Positions 40,766 through 55,700 of a stretch of 64,000 nt of DNA are shown here, piece by piece. Made by a program: the position numbers and the translations under genes. Under the pieces are notes generated by a model. The model was not told the DNA's origin. It was given only the letters and a program-made list of their open reading frames with translations, and did no database searches. The DNA is taken from assembly GCA_964016885.1 (NCBI GenBank), contig OZ024742.1, positions 232,748,001 through 232,812,000 on the forward strand, written 5' to 3'. How positions within the stretch are numbered: position 1 is the first letter of the stretch; every line of letters starts with the position of its first letter. This DNA is from Eledone cirrhosa (Eukaryota).

Positions 40766-43700
40766 TGATACAACATTCACGGTAGGATTTCAAAAATATT
40801 TAATAAAAATCATGGAAAACTAATGCAAATGTTTATAATATGCCAACAAAACAAAACAAAAAAGGGTTTTTAGTATGCCAGCAAATACAAAACCGACTGA
40901 AATGTAGTTACGAGAAGAAACTAAAATTTAAGGTAAAAATGGGATTACAGAACTCCATGCTGCCATGCTAAATCTATTTGCCAAGACCCTACTTGGCAAA
41001 TACATAAAAAATTTAAAAAAACAAAACATACAACAACAACAAAAAGAAAAACAAAGAAACACAAAGAAAATCAAAGAAAAAACAAGAAAAAGGATTTTTG
41101 ATAGTGGAATAGGATTAAAGATGTCTCACTAAAAGCATGTAATAAAGCAAAATATATCAATTGTAGAATAGGCGGGGATGGGAAAGAAACAACCACGTTT
41201 TCTCTGTCTACTCAAGTTTGGCTAAGAAAGAATACATATACAAGCATGTCAGAACTAATGTTTTTTATGCCATCGTTTGGAAACAGAAAGAAAATAGGCG
41301 GTATAAACATACACAAAAAATGATCAGAGAATGACAAAATAACCATATTCTGGGATATCCCAATCCACTCAGACAGAAATCAACTAAACGGTAGGATACT
41401 GTAGTCTACAAGAAAATGAAGTACATCCTAATCAAAGAATCAATCCCAACAGACCATAATGTATTTGAGAAAAAAATAAAGAAATTATTTAAATATAAAC
41501 ATTTGGAAATAGAAGTAACTAGAAACTAGGGTCTGAAAACGGAAATCTACGATAGTAGGTGCTTTGGGAATGATAAAATACAACAACAAAAACAGACAAG
41601 TCCGTAACCCAAACCCATGGACATACATAACATAAGAAAATAGCATTACAATAAAATAGAAAATACAAAGCTAAAAGATAAACACTGCACATGTCCAAGA
41701 CCCACAGAGCTGCGCTTAATAGTGCAACGAAAATATGCAATAAAATAAAAGTTAAGGAAAAATGTTTGATCTGAAATACAGCAACTTAAGCATAGAAAAA
41801 AATAGGGAATAATGCAACAATCTTTTTCTGATTGAATTAGTAAATCAAGTTGCTCAGAGAATAGATAACAAAAGTGGATGCATGAAAAAAAAAAAAAAAA
41901 AAAGAAGACGTTTATCTAAATATTCTTTTCCACACTAAATCCTCTCTTGTGACGCTACACTCCGCCAGTTGCAGACTGTGCATTAACACATGATATCTCT
42001 CTCAACAAAGTTCAATCACCAGCAGCAGAATTCAAAGAGCAAAGATCAAGTCCAGTCCATAAATTGACATTGTCAAATCAATGTTCACTCAAATAAAAAT
42101 TCATTATTAGTTAAGTAAGAAACATTTGATATAATTTTATAAACCAGTATGAAAAAAAAAAAAATGATAAAATCTTATTGTTGGAAATAATTTCTAAATC
42201 AAAACCAGTATGCAAAGTAAAAATGATAAAAGTTAATGGAAGGAAAAGAATTTCTAAACCAGCCAATCCGCAAAGAATGGGGAAGTAAGATTAGAAGCTC
42301 GCTGGTGCTAACACTACACTTTAGAACGCAGCCATAATTTTATAGGCTAGGCCTATATCAGCCTAAAGTAACGAGCAGTATATCCTAGTGATTGAAGAAT
42401 TTGAACTTTATTGGGCAATGGTGGTTATGTCATAAGTCTAAATTAGCAAAATAAGCCAGCAGGAAAAGACTATTTTTTTTACAAACATCAACTATATTCA
42501 TACACGTTATAAGTTGTATTGCTATGTAAACATATAATAGTGATCCCAAATTTATAATTAAAGAGTATATTTTTAAACTTCTGAATTCTGGTGGTTGATC
42601 ATAAATCACATAGATATTGTAATCAGGAAGGTTACCATTTCATTATATAATGAAATATATCTCAAAGTTCGCAGATTGCAGCAATAAACACGGGGAAAAG
42701 ACTGCGCATTTCATTTGGAAGAGCACAGAATTTCTCTGAGAAACTACAGAGCAACAAATTACAATGGCACGCAAGCGAACGTACTAAAGAAGTGATTGAT
42801 GGCAACCTTTTGCCTATACGTTTGCTATACTCACAATTCGTATAGAAACATTGCAGCATGGATACCATAAATTATCTTGGAACAGTTAAAATCATTTACA
42901 ACTTGTTTAGTTCCAACCTCAAACGATGGGGATTACTTGAATATCCCATAGGTTGTTTTCTACATGGGATACCAGAAATTTGATAGACTTGAAAATAGCA
43001 AATCGTTTGCACTTTCCCTTACCGGCATTCAGTTAGCATTTCAAAATCATTTATTTATTAATTTAACAGTCAGATAAAGAATGAAAACAAAAGAGTAATA
43101 GAATGCTTAAAACGTTTTGACTGTTAATACCGGCTATTTAGTATAAAGTGTTGTCTTCGATCGATATTGGCAAAAAGGCCATTTAACCAGAGATACTACA
43201 TTGGACCTGGAGGTATTTAACATTAAAACTCTCTTTAAAGAATTGATGAAGTTACGAAACAACTGGAAAAGCATCTGGTATGGTGGCGCCAGAACTTAAA
43301 ATGGAAATCAAACACTCCCATGGCGTGAAGGCGTCAGTCGAAAGAGAAGAATATAGAACGGTTCAACAACTGATATCAACCCCACTTAAATGGTTGACAG
43401 ACGTTTCGCCAGAAAAGCTCTCCCTTTGGTTGGTCATTTTATTCTATGATTAATTGTACATTCTAATGCTGTTAAGTGGTTGTCTGAAACGTCTGATTTC
43501 TTGCGTAAATATCCAACAATATTTGAAAGTGTGATAGAAGTAAAAGTATCACAACACAACTGCTGCATTTACTGTCAATACATAAAGCAAATTTTGGAAA
43601 ACTAGAACAGAAACCGTTACAATTGATAAATCTAGTAACTGATTGCAAACTTTGTAAGATATTTCAAAATCCTTGTGATATTTTTGAAATATGTTACCTT

Positions 43701-44575
43701 ACCATCAGTAGAAAAAAAAAATGTTTTTTTTTTAGCAAACTAAAACATCGGAAACATTTAAAAGCCAGAAAAACTAATTTAGCAGATTAGTCTTAGTGTT
43801 GCATCGTATAAATTCTAATTCTAGCTAGACATTCCGGTGTACAGGGAATAAAGCATTTATCAAAGTTTACTAGTGGTCACATTTAGATATGCATTCATAA
43901 TCATGCTCCAAAAGCTGTCTACTTTGTTCATATTTTGTTTTGTGAATTGTGAAATTTGTCGTGCGATTATTTGTGCAATATTATGAAATATAAAAAAAAT
44001 GGCGTGCATGCATCGACACGAGGGTCAAATAAAAACAACAACAGATATGGCGGCAAACTTGAATTGCTGAATAAAACTTGAAAGTACTTATCGTACAATA
44101 AGCTATTCAGCAACTGCTTTGACTTTCCGATGGATTCATGCAAGACGGTCTGTTACTACTACTACTACTACTACTACGTTGTTCATACCAGCACCCAGAA
44201 ATGGAAAGCATTCTTTAAGACAAGCGATATAGAACAAGATGTAGCGTTACCATAGTTATTCTTCTTAGTTTCCACGAAGGAAGATAATCGTCTAATTTCC
44301 CTACAAAGGTGAGGCGATATAAAGGAACTGAAACAAATCCATTTAACTACAAGCATGAAATATTAAGCAAATTTTTACAGCCCAAATGATTTGATATTAC
44401 TTCACCTGAAACCATCTATGAATATAAAATATCATAGAAAAGGAGTTATAGGGACATATATACCTATATTATATGTTTATATGTGTGTATATATTTGTAT
44501 GTATGTGTATGTATGTGTATGAATGTATGTATATGTGTGTGAGGGTGTGTAGATATACATGTATGCACACACACT

Positions 44576-44644
<69 letters not shown>

Positions 44645-44646
<2 letters not shown>

Positions 44647-45116
44647 CAAAATGAAAATCTGAAGGCAAAGTAAAATTCCAATCATTTTAATCACGACACA
44701 TGTTTCAATAAGAGATAGATCGATCGTAAAGCCATGATCAATTATCACTGATCTCATCAGGTGAAAATGAATTGTCTTTAAATTCTTGATATGAGGGAGA
44801 AAATTAGCAATGTTCACTCACAGAGTTTATTCCCTCATAATTTGAAGACAATTCATTTTCACCTGATGAGATCAGTGATAATTGATCATGGCTTTACGAT
44901 CGATGTATCTCTTATTGAAACATGTGTCGTGATTAAAATGATTGGAATTTTACCTTGCTTCAGATTTTAATTTTGATACTTATACTCCGTTTTACATCAT
45001 CTAGCTGTCCCCTTGAGTGGAATTGGAGATATACAAAAGCGTGGAGAACTTAATATTGCTAACATAAATTTATTGGACTGTTTTACACAACCAATAATGC
45101 ACCTTACTATATAACA

Positions 45117-45119
<3 letters not shown>
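44645..45119 (+). mobile_element. Fold-back element C
   Basis: Inverted arms ~44645-44797 and ~44831-44978, ~140-nt tail, (CA)n(TA)n left and (TA)n right. HHR-like UCAC-CUGAUGA...GAAACAUGUGUC-GUGA at 44859-44932, mirrored in the left arm. Confidence 0.8.
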
Positions 45120-45195
<76 letters not shown>

Positions 45196-45222
45196 GTGGG
45201 TGTGTAAGTATGCGTGTGTATG

Positions 45223-45627
45223 CATGCCAAACTATGTTTAGAATCCCGAGCAACGCCGGGCCATTCTGCTAGTTCATCCTAAAATCGGTTTATTTACGAA
45301 GCAACGTCTATCCTTCATCCGGTCAAGTCCTCGCGTGCCAGACATGTAAGTGTAAGTCCGTATTTGTCTTGTCCTTCATGTCCACTGTATAATTGTCCCC
45401 CTTTCCCCTATCTGTCAACACTAACACATCATAAGTACGACTTATAGCCTAAGGAAATCTTCAAACAAGTGTGGCTGTGGAAGACAGGCAGACAGTGTTT
45501 CATGCATGAATGCACGCGAAGACTTGACCGGATGAAGGATAGACGTTGCTTCGTAAATAAACCGATTTTAGGATGAACTAGCAGAATGGCCCGGCGTTGC
45601 TCGGGATTCTAAACATAGTTTGGCATG
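45223..45627. repeat. 116-bp inverted repeat (45223-45338 / 45512-45627) that includes a Helitron 3' end
   Basis: catgccaaactatg...ctgctagttcatcc...tcgcgtgc versus its near-exact reverse complement. Confidence 0.9.
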
Positions 45628-46460
45628 TTTATCCCTCCTCTCTGAAACAGTTTCGTCGTATGTTCACCAATTGATGCAGAAGTCCTAATAAAAAGCGAAG
45701 TCGCATTGAGTGAATAGGCAAATAATTTTCCATTAAGGTTTTTCAAAGCATGTAATTGCGTTCCCTCTCCTTTTTGTTGTTGTTTTTGTTGCTGTTGGTG
45801 TCATAGCAGCCGTTAGTCGTACTACTAACACAGTCTCGTCTTTCTTTAGCCAATCGTGTATATCCCCTTCTGCCTCGTCAGAAATGAGAACAATGTTTGC
45901 TCTAGGGTTCTTATATATTTTATATATATTTATCCTTATCGAACCTCGTGAAATAAATACGTTTGTTTATATTTTGTTATTGTGTATGCAAAAATATCTG
46001 TACACGAATATATAATTATATATATATATATACATATATATATATTAAAATAATAGATTAAAGTTTAAGCGAAGAATCGCTGCTTTCACCCTTAACGGGA
46101 TCTTCTGAAACTAAAAAAAATCAATCTGTGAACGCAGAAGTAAATATTTCGAAAAACGTTTCACACACACTATATATATATATATACACATATAGTGTCA
46201 TAATGTCGTAATGCAGACAGATATTATAAGGGCGCGACGTTATAGCTATGTATCTATCTAAAAAGACAGACTAAGAAAGATAGAGAGATCGCTAACCGGC
46301 GCCTAATGCGGTCCCTAGGGCATTGAAAATTTGAAATATTTTTTGCTCAAAACACTCACACGACCACAAGTATTACACGTGTAGAGTCTGAAAAAAAGCG
46401 ATTGGGTGGTTCTCGAGTTTTAGGGAGTCAGACAGACATTCTCTGTTTTAGATATATAGA
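45578..46460 (-). mobile_element. Non-autonomous Helitron-like element, same family as 10773-11848
   Basis: Minus strand A|TCTATATATCTAAAAC ... cccgagcaacgccgggccattctgCTAG|T. Confidence 0.8.
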
Positions 46461-46882
46461 TAACGAACCAATGAGCGAAGACCGCAGAATACCACGTTAT
46501 TGGAATGTGGTAAATATAACAAGCTACTGGAGATATTCACACAAAATCAGAGACGAGCTTACATATTGAGGCATATCTGATGATCTTTCGATTCAAGAGT
46601 CAGGTTCGATCAATAATAGATCGTTCCTCGAGATGATCAACCGTGAAACATGTAAGATGTTATTAGATATGTTATGATGCAGCATTGACTCTTTGTTCCT
46701 TTATTCTTATACTATATATATATACATTTTGAGTATATGTTGGTTGTTTACCGACACCTCAGTATGCAGATTGGAGCACTCGACGAAGTACGAGGGTTGG
46801 TTTGGTTACTCCGGAGTAATGTAAAATAAAATAAAATAATTAAGTCAAATATTTAAAATTTGGCTTCGTTTATTAAAGATGT

Positions 46883-46937
46883 ACTGCTATATATATTTCG
46901 GTGACAGCCATCATTGGCTGTGACCTCTTCAGGCAGT
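46883..46937 (-). ncRNA. Type I hammerhead ribozyme (element D left arm)
   Basis: ACUGC-CUGAAGA-GGU(C)ACAGCCA-AUGA-UGGCUGU(C)ACC-GAAA-UAUAUA-UA-GCAGU: intact core, G10.1-C11.1 pair, palindromic stem III, AUA triplet. Confidence 0.8.
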
Positions 46938-47102
46938 CCGAATTTGTGTGGTAGAGACAGGTACACATGTTGTTAAAGTGTTTTACTCCGTCAGTACTCC
47001 GATATGCCCAGCTCCTAGTTGGGTTGTGATTTCTCTGAGGAAATTGACGGAGTAAAACACTTTACCAACATGTGTACTTGTTTCTACCACACCAATTCGG
47101 AC

Positions 47103-47155
47103 CTGCCTGAAGAAGTCACAGCCAATGATGGCTGTCAGCGAAATATATATAGCAG
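47103..47155 (+). ncRNA. Type I hammerhead copy (element D right arm) with a mutated stem II base
   Basis: CUGC-CUGAAGA-AGUCACAGCCA...UGGCUGUCAGC-GAAA-UAUAUAUA-GCAG. Confidence 0.6.
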
Positions 47156-47209
47156 TACATCTTTAATAAACGAAGCCAAATTTTAAATATTTGACTTATT
47201 ATTTTATTT

Positions 47210-47242
<33 letters not shown>

Positions 47243-47245
47243 TAT

Positions 47246-47283
<38 letters not shown>

Positions 47284-48100
47284 TATAGAGTAAAGCATGT
47301 CCAGAGAATTATTTGATAATATATATACATCATCTCTACTCCCAATCAGCACAATTAACCACACAAAAAAATCAATTAGACCAGGCGATAAGAATAAAAG
47401 GCATCTATGAAGAAACAGTAAATAAATACGCTATCGTGGCGTCTTCGCGTGCAACCGCTATAGAATATTTACCCAACATTTCGACAGCACGTGGAAATTA
47501 ATTAAATACACGGTCAACCATACATAATTAGGTAAAACTTAATGTTAGAAATGCTTATATACATACCAGGACTAAATCACTAAATCCGGCTTTGTTTAAT
47601 TGGTGTATGTGTAAATATTAATATTATATATATATATATATATATAAGCAAAATAAATGGAGGAGAAGGTAATACATTCAAAAAACAAAATTTACTTCTT
47701 ACACGAAAGAACTTTATCATCACATTGATTGTATGATTTGCATGATATCGTAATTGCCAAAAAAGTAGACATTAATTTGTATTTAAATTTCTTTCTTTCT
47801 GAAAGAAACGATATGTTATGCCAGTTAAAGTCCTGTTAACAGAGAGAAGAAAACAATATTACTCAATCACTAATATTATTCTAAATATTGTGGCATGCAT
47901 GGGAGACAACTCCAGAAATGTTTCGGTCTTATGATTTCATCAAAATAACCATATGATTAAGAATTCAAGACGTAATCACCGTATTTATCAAATGTGGAGG
48001 AGTAAATGTACAAGATTATACACTGGTTTGTGTAGGAATATATAATTGTTTAGAAAATAAATAACTCAGAAACTAGAAACAACAACATTCAAATACTTAC

Positions 48101-49086
48101 TCTCTTCTCCTGTAGCATTTAAACATAGTTCCTAAATGCTGCCGGAATTTTTTATCATTGTTGATGTAAATACAAACGTTTAGCGAAAACCCAGTTAGTT
48201 GGATCAAGTAGCAAATAGTGTTTGCAAGGTTTACAGCATATTGAGCGGATGGATAGTCACTGTAAACGGAATCAAGAATTAGTTGAATACATATTGGTAA
48301 AGTCGTTAATAAGAACAACCAAGTAAGTTTCATTACGAGGCGTGTTGCTTTGGTAGTTTGTTGAGTGATGTATGAACCGGCATTTCGTTGGCCCTCAGTC
48401 AGTGATCTACGCAAAACATTCTGCCTCTTCATTGAATACATAAAATATATGTTACCTATAAGCATGAGGGTGAAAGGAATTAGGCACAAAACGGCCAAAT
48501 CAACAAAAACAAAAACAAAATCCTCAAAATCTTCTATCTCCTCATTCTTTGAAGTACAAGAATTGTTCACTAATTTATTTGTGAAGAAGTAATGGCAATC
48601 TATTAATGATAGGATGACGAAGTTGCAGATTAATACTATAATTGTTATATTTGTCGACCATATGCGTCTAAATGTGAGAGGTTTGTACATAAGAAGACAA
48701 CGATAAATAGTCATTGTGACAAGAATCCAAGCAGAATATTGCATACTAACATAGGTAACAAATAGATTCAGTTGGCATCCGAAGTCGGAAACGCTACGGA
48801 TATCGAAATCTATTACGTTTTGTGTCCAATATCTTGGAATAACAGAACACAATACAATCGAATCAGTTATGGCCAGTACACTTCTAAAAATTGTTGAAGA
48901 AGTCGTCGATTCTTTGCGTTTGAACAATAATATAGTGATAACAAGGCCATTGCCTGTTAATCCAACAAAAAAGAGGATCGGGGAAAAGAATCCCCACAAT
49001 ATTTTAGAAGCTTCTGTTGAGCTAGAATTTGTATAATCCATGATTGTGTAGTCCGGCAAATTTTCATTGAAGCTTGATAAAATGTC
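48101..49086 (-). CDS. Class A (rhodopsin-like) GPCR, invertebrate peptide-receptor-like; main coding exon (Met at 49041)
   Basis: Seven hydrophobic segments: GLTGN (TM1), LAITD (TM2), TM3 Cys and YRC, TM5 IPF, TM6 TTLP, TM7 NVCIY, helix 8 KKFRQHL; N-glycosylation site NSS. Acceptor tttgcAG before 49086; the apparent stop overlaps a GTAAGT donor at 48100. Confidence 0.9.
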
Positions 49087-49249
49087 CTGCAAAAAGAATA
49101 TATTGTATAGTTTAAAAAAAAAAAAATGTTGATTGGTTATTTACAAACAAGTAATTACATGGGTCAATATGGGTGTGTGGGGGAACTTTGTGGTTTTAGG
49201 TGTATAAGGCTTTCAGAAAAATATTGTTTATTTATTTATTTATTTATTT

Positions 49250-49700
49250 ATGTGAGTGTATGTATGCATATGTCTGTACGTATGTGTGTATATATGCATG
49301 TATGTATACATGTATGTATGTATATGTTTACATACATGCATGCATACATGCATACATACAGGTGGATACATACATGTGTATACATACATGAATGCATGTA
49401 TGTGTATACATGCATACCTACATATGCATACATGTATACAATCATGCATACATGCATACATACATGCATACATATGCATACATACATGTATACATAATCT
49501 GTATACATATGCATACATACATGTGTATACATATGTATACAGACATGTATACAAACATGCATACATGCATACATACATATACATAATGTTTGTATGTATG
49601 TGTGAATGCATATATGTATAAAGGTGTGTGTGTGGATTCCCAGGCATGTGCACACATATATACACGCACATACCTACACACACAAACATATCCATAGATA
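49250..49700. repeat. Degenerate (TGTA/CATA/TGCA) simple repeat
   Basis: Direct reading. Confidence 0.85.
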
Positions 49701-49752
49701 CACACATAAACATAGGGTCAATTGAAGTTGTGTCAGCATAAAGGAGCTGCCC

Positions 49753-52700
49753 AGTACACCAATCAGTGACAGTACAGTAATACATAACAGTCATTACATC
49801 AGTCAGTGACAGTACACCAATACATAACAGTCATTACACCAGTCAGTGACAGTACACTAATACATAACAGTCTTTACATCAGTCAGTGACAGTACACCAA
49901 TACATAACAGTCATTACACCAGTCAGTGACAGTACACTAATACATAACAGTCTTTACATCAGTCAGTGACAGTACACCAATATATAACAGTCATTACATC
50001 AGCCAGTGACAGTACACTAATACATAACAGTCTTTACACAAGTGACAGTACACCAATACATAACAGTCATTACATCAGTAACAGTACACCAATACATAAC
50101 AGTCATTACATCAGTCAGTGACAGTACACCAATACATAACAGTCATTACATCAGTCAGTGACAGTACACCAATACATAACAGTCATTACACCAGTCAGTG
50201 ACAGTACACTAATATATAACAGTCATTACATCAGCCAGTGACAGTACACTAATACATAACAGTCTTTACATCAGTCAGTGACAGTACACCAATATATAAC
50301 AGTCATTACACCAGTCAGTGACAGTACACCAATACATGACAGTCATTACATCAGTCAGTGACAGTACACCAATATATAACAGTCATTACATCAGCCAGTG
50401 ACAGTACACTAATACATAACAGTCTTTACATCAGTCAGTGACAGTACACCAATATATAACAGTCATTACACCAGTCAGTGACAGTACACCAATATATAAC
50501 AGTCATTACACCAGTCAGTGACAGTACACCAATACATAACAGTCATTACACCAGTCAGTGACAGTACACCAATACATAACAGTCATTACACCAGTCAGTG
50601 ACAGTACACCAATACATAACAGTCATTACACCAGTCAGTGACAGTACACTAATACATAACAGTCTTTACATCAGTCAGTGACAGTACACCAATGCATAAC
50701 AGTCTTTACACCAGTCAGTGACAGTACACCAATACATAACAGTCATTACACCAGTCAGTGACAGTACACCAATACATAACAGTCATTACATCAGTCAGTG
50801 ACAGTACACTAATACATAACAGTCATTACACCAGTCAGTGACAGTACACCAATACATCACAGTCATTACATCAGTCAGTGACAGTACACCAATACATAAC
50901 AGTCATTACACCAGTGACAGTACACCAATACATAACAGTCATTACATCAGTCAGTGACAGTACACTAATACATAACAGTCATTACACCTGTCAGTGAGAG
51001 TACACCAATACATCACAGTCATTACATCAGTCAGTGACAGTACACTAATACATAACAGTCATTACACCTGTCAGTGACAGTACACCAATACATAACAGTC
51101 ATTACATCAGTCAGTGACAGTACACCAATACATAAGAGTCATTACATCAGTCAGTGACAGTACACCAATACATAACAGTCATTACACCAGTGACAGTACA
51201 CCAATACATAACAGTCATTACACCAGTCAGTGACAGCACACCAATACATAACAGTCATTACATCAGTCAGTGACAGTACACTAATACATAACAGTCATTA
51301 CACCAGTCAGTGACAGTACACCAATACATAACAGTCATTACATCAGTAAGTGACAGTACACCAATACATAACAGTCATTACATCAGTAAGTGACAATACA
51401 CCAATACATAACAGTCATGACATCAGTCAGTGACAGTTCACCAATATATAACAGTCATTACACCAGTCAGTGACAGTACACCAATACATAACAGTCATTA
51501 CACCAGTGACAGTACACCAATACATAACAGTCATTACACCAGTGACAGTACACCAATACATAACAGTCATTACATCAGTAAGTGACAGTACACCAATACA
51601 TAACAGTCATTACATCAGTAAGTGACAATACACCAATACATAACAGTCATGACATCAGTCAGTGACAGTTCACCAATATATAACAGTCATTACACCAGTC
51701 AGTGACAGTACACCAATACATCACAGTCATTACACCAGTGACAGTACACCAATACATAACAGTCATTACATCAGTCAGTGACAGTACACCAATACATAAC
51801 AGTCATTACACCAGTCAGTGACAGTACACCAATGCATAACAGTCATTACATCAGTCAGTGACAGTACACTAATACATAACAGTCATTACACCAGTCAGTG
51901 ACAGTACACCAATACATAACAGTCATTACATCAGTCAGTGACAGTACACCAATACATAACAGTCTTTACATCAGTCAGTGACAGTACACCAATACATAAC
52001 AGTCATTACACCAGTCAGTGACAGTACACTAATACATAACAGTCTTTACATCAGTCAGTGACAGTACACCAATACATAACAGTCATTACACCAGTCAGTG
52101 ACAGTACACTAATACATAACAGTCTTTACATCAGTCAGTGACAGTACACCAATATATAACAGTCATTACATCAGCCAGTGACAGTACACTAATACATAAC
52201 AGTCTTTACACAAGTGACAGTACACCAATACATAACAGTCATTACATCAGTAACAGTACACCAATACATAACAGTCATTACATCAGTCAGTGACAGTACA
52301 CCAATACATAACAGTCATTACATCAGTCAGTGACAGTACACCAATACATAACAGTCATTACACCAGTCAGTGACAGTACACTAATATATAACAGTCATTA
52401 CATCAGCCAGTGACAGTACACTAATACATAACAGTCTTTACATCAGTCAGTGACAGTACACCAATATATAACAGTCATTACACCAGTCAGTGACAGTACA
52501 CCAATACATAACAGTCATTACATCAGTCAGTGACAGTACACCAATATATAACAGTCATTACATCAGCCAGTGACAGTACACTAATACATAACAGTCTTTA
52601 CATCAGTCAGTGACAGTACACCAATATATAACAGTCATTACACCAGTCAGTGACAGTACACCAATATATAACAGTCATTACACCAGTCAGTGACAGTACA

Positions 52701-55700
52701 CCAATACATAACAGTCATTACACCAGTCAGTGACAGTACACCAATACATAACAGTCATTACACCAGTCAGTGACAGTACACCAATACATAACAGTCATTA
52801 CACCAGTCAGTGACAGTACACTAATACATAACAGTCTTTACATCAGTCAGTGACAGTACACCAATGCATAACAGTCTTTACACCAGTCAGTGACAGTACA
52901 CCAATACATAACAGTCATTACACCAGTCAGTGACAGTACACCAATACATAACAGTCATTACATCAGTCAGTGACAGTACACTAATACATAACAGTCATTA
53001 CACCAGTCAGTGACAGTACACCAATACATCACAGTCATTACACCAGTGACAGTACACCAATACATAACAGTCATTACACCAGTCAGTGACAGCACACCAA
53101 TACATAACAGTCATTACATCAGTCAGTGACAGTACACTAATACATAACAGTCATTACACCAGTCAGTGACAGCACACCAATACATAACAGTCATTACATC
53201 AGTAAGTGACAGTACACCAATACATAACAGTCATTACATCAGTAAGTGACAATACACCAATACATAACAGTCATGACATCAGTCAGTGACAGTTCACCAA
53301 TATATAACAGTCATTACACCAGTCAGTGACAATACACCAATACATAACAGTCATTACACCAGTGACAGTACACCAATACATAACAGTCATTACACCAGTG
53401 ACAGTACACCAATACATAACAGTCATTACATCAGTAAGTGACAGTACACCAATACATAACAGTCATTACATCAGTAAGTGACAATACACCAATACATAAC
53501 AGTCATGACATCAGTCAGTGACAGTTCACCAATATATAACAGTCATTACACCAGTCAGTGACAGTACACCAATACATCACAGTCATTACACCAGTGACAG
53601 TACACCAATACATAACAGTCATTACATCAGTCAGTGACAGTACACCAATACATAACAGTCATTACACCAGTCAGTGACAGTACACCAATGCATAACAGTC
53701 ATTACATCAGTCAGTGACAGTACACTAATACATAACAGTCATTACACCAGTCAGTGACAGTACACCAATACATAACAGTCATTACATCAGTCAGTGACAG
53801 TACACCAATACATAACAGTCATTACATCAGTCTGTGACAGTACACTAATACATAACAGTCATTACATCAGTCAGTGATAGTACACCAATACATAACAGTC
53901 ATTACATCAGTCAGTGAGAGTACACCAATACATCACAGTCATTACATCAGTCAGTGACAGTTCACCAATATATAACAGTCATTACACCAGTCAGTGACAG
54001 TACACCAATACATAACAGTCATTACATCAGTAACAGTACACCAATACATAACAGTCATTACATCAGTCAGTGACAGTACACCAATACATAACAGTCATTA
54101 CATCAGTAAGTGACAATACACCAATACATAACAGTCATTACATCAGTCAGTGACAGTTCACCAATATATAACAGTCATTACACCAGTCAGTGACAGTACA
54201 CTAATACATAACAGTCATTACACCAGTCAGTGACAGTACACCAATACATAACAGTCATTACATCAGAAGTGACAGTACACCAATACATAACAGTCATTAC
54301 ATCAGAAGTGACAGTACACCAATACATAACAGTCATTACATCAGTAACAGTACACCAATACATAACAGTCATTACATCAGTCAGTGACAGTACACCAATA
54401 CATAACAGTCATTACATCAGAAGTGACAGTACACCAATATATAACAGTCATTACACCAGTGACAGTACACCAATACATAACAGTCTTAACACCAGTCAGT
54501 GACAGTACACCAATACATAACAGTCATTACACCAGTCAGTGACAGTACACCAATACATAACAGTGATTACACCAGTCAGTGACAGTGCACCAATACATAA
54601 CAGTCATTACATCAGTCAGTGACAGTACACCAATACATAACAGTCATTACATCAGTCAGTGAGAGTACACCAATACATCACAGTCATTACATCAGCCAGT
54701 GACAGTACACCAATACATAACAGTCATTACATCAGTCAGTGACAGTACACCAATATATAATAGTCATTACACCAGTCAGTGACAGTACACCAATACATAA
54801 CAGTCATTACATCAGTCAGTGACAGTACACCAATACATCACAGTCATTACACCAATGACAGTACACCAATACATAACAGTCTTAACACCAGTCAGTGACA
54901 GTACACCAATACATAACAGTCATTACATCAGTCAGTGACAGTACACCAATATATAACAGTCATTACACCAGTCAGTGACAGTACACCAATACATAACAGT
55001 CATTACATCAGTCAGTGACAGTACACCAATACATAATAGTCATTACATCAGTCAGTGAGAGTACACCAATACATCACAGTCATTACATCAGCCAGTGACA
55101 GTACACCAATACATAACAGTCATTACATCAGTCAGTGACAGTACACCAATATATAACAGTCATTACACCAGTCAGTGACAGTACACCAATACATAACAGT
55201 CATTACACCAGTCAGTGACAGTACACCAATACATCACAGTCATTACACCAGTGACAGTACACCAATATATAACAGTCATTACACCAGTCAGTGACAGTAC
55301 ACCAATACATAACAGTCATTACATCAGCCAGTGACAGTACACCAATACATAACAGTCATTACACCAGTCAGTTACAGTACACCAATACATAACAGTCATT
55401 ACATCAGTCAGTGACAGTACACCAATACATAACAGTCATTACACCAGTGACAGTACACCAATACATAACAGTCATTACTTCAGTCAGTGAGAGTACACCA
55501 ATACATAACAGTCATTACACCAGTGACAGTAAACCAATACATAACAGTCATTACATCAGTCAGTGACAGTACACCAATACATAACAGTCATTACACCAGT
55601 CAGTGAGAGTACACTAATACATAACAGTCATTACACCAGTGACAGTACACCAATACATAACAGTCATTACGTCAGTCAGTGAGAGTACACCAATACATAA

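Larger units (their letters stand above)
46725..47218 (-). mobile_element. Fold-back element D
   Basis: ~97-nt tail, inverted arms ~46822-46993 and 47045-47217, ~51-nt spacer, (TA)n on both sides. Confidence 0.82.

Noticed and set aside
45528-45562. CGGATGA...GTAAA as a hammerhead in the 116-bp inverted repeat
   Set aside because: Both core boxes deviate from consensus and no stem I was found; at best a relic.
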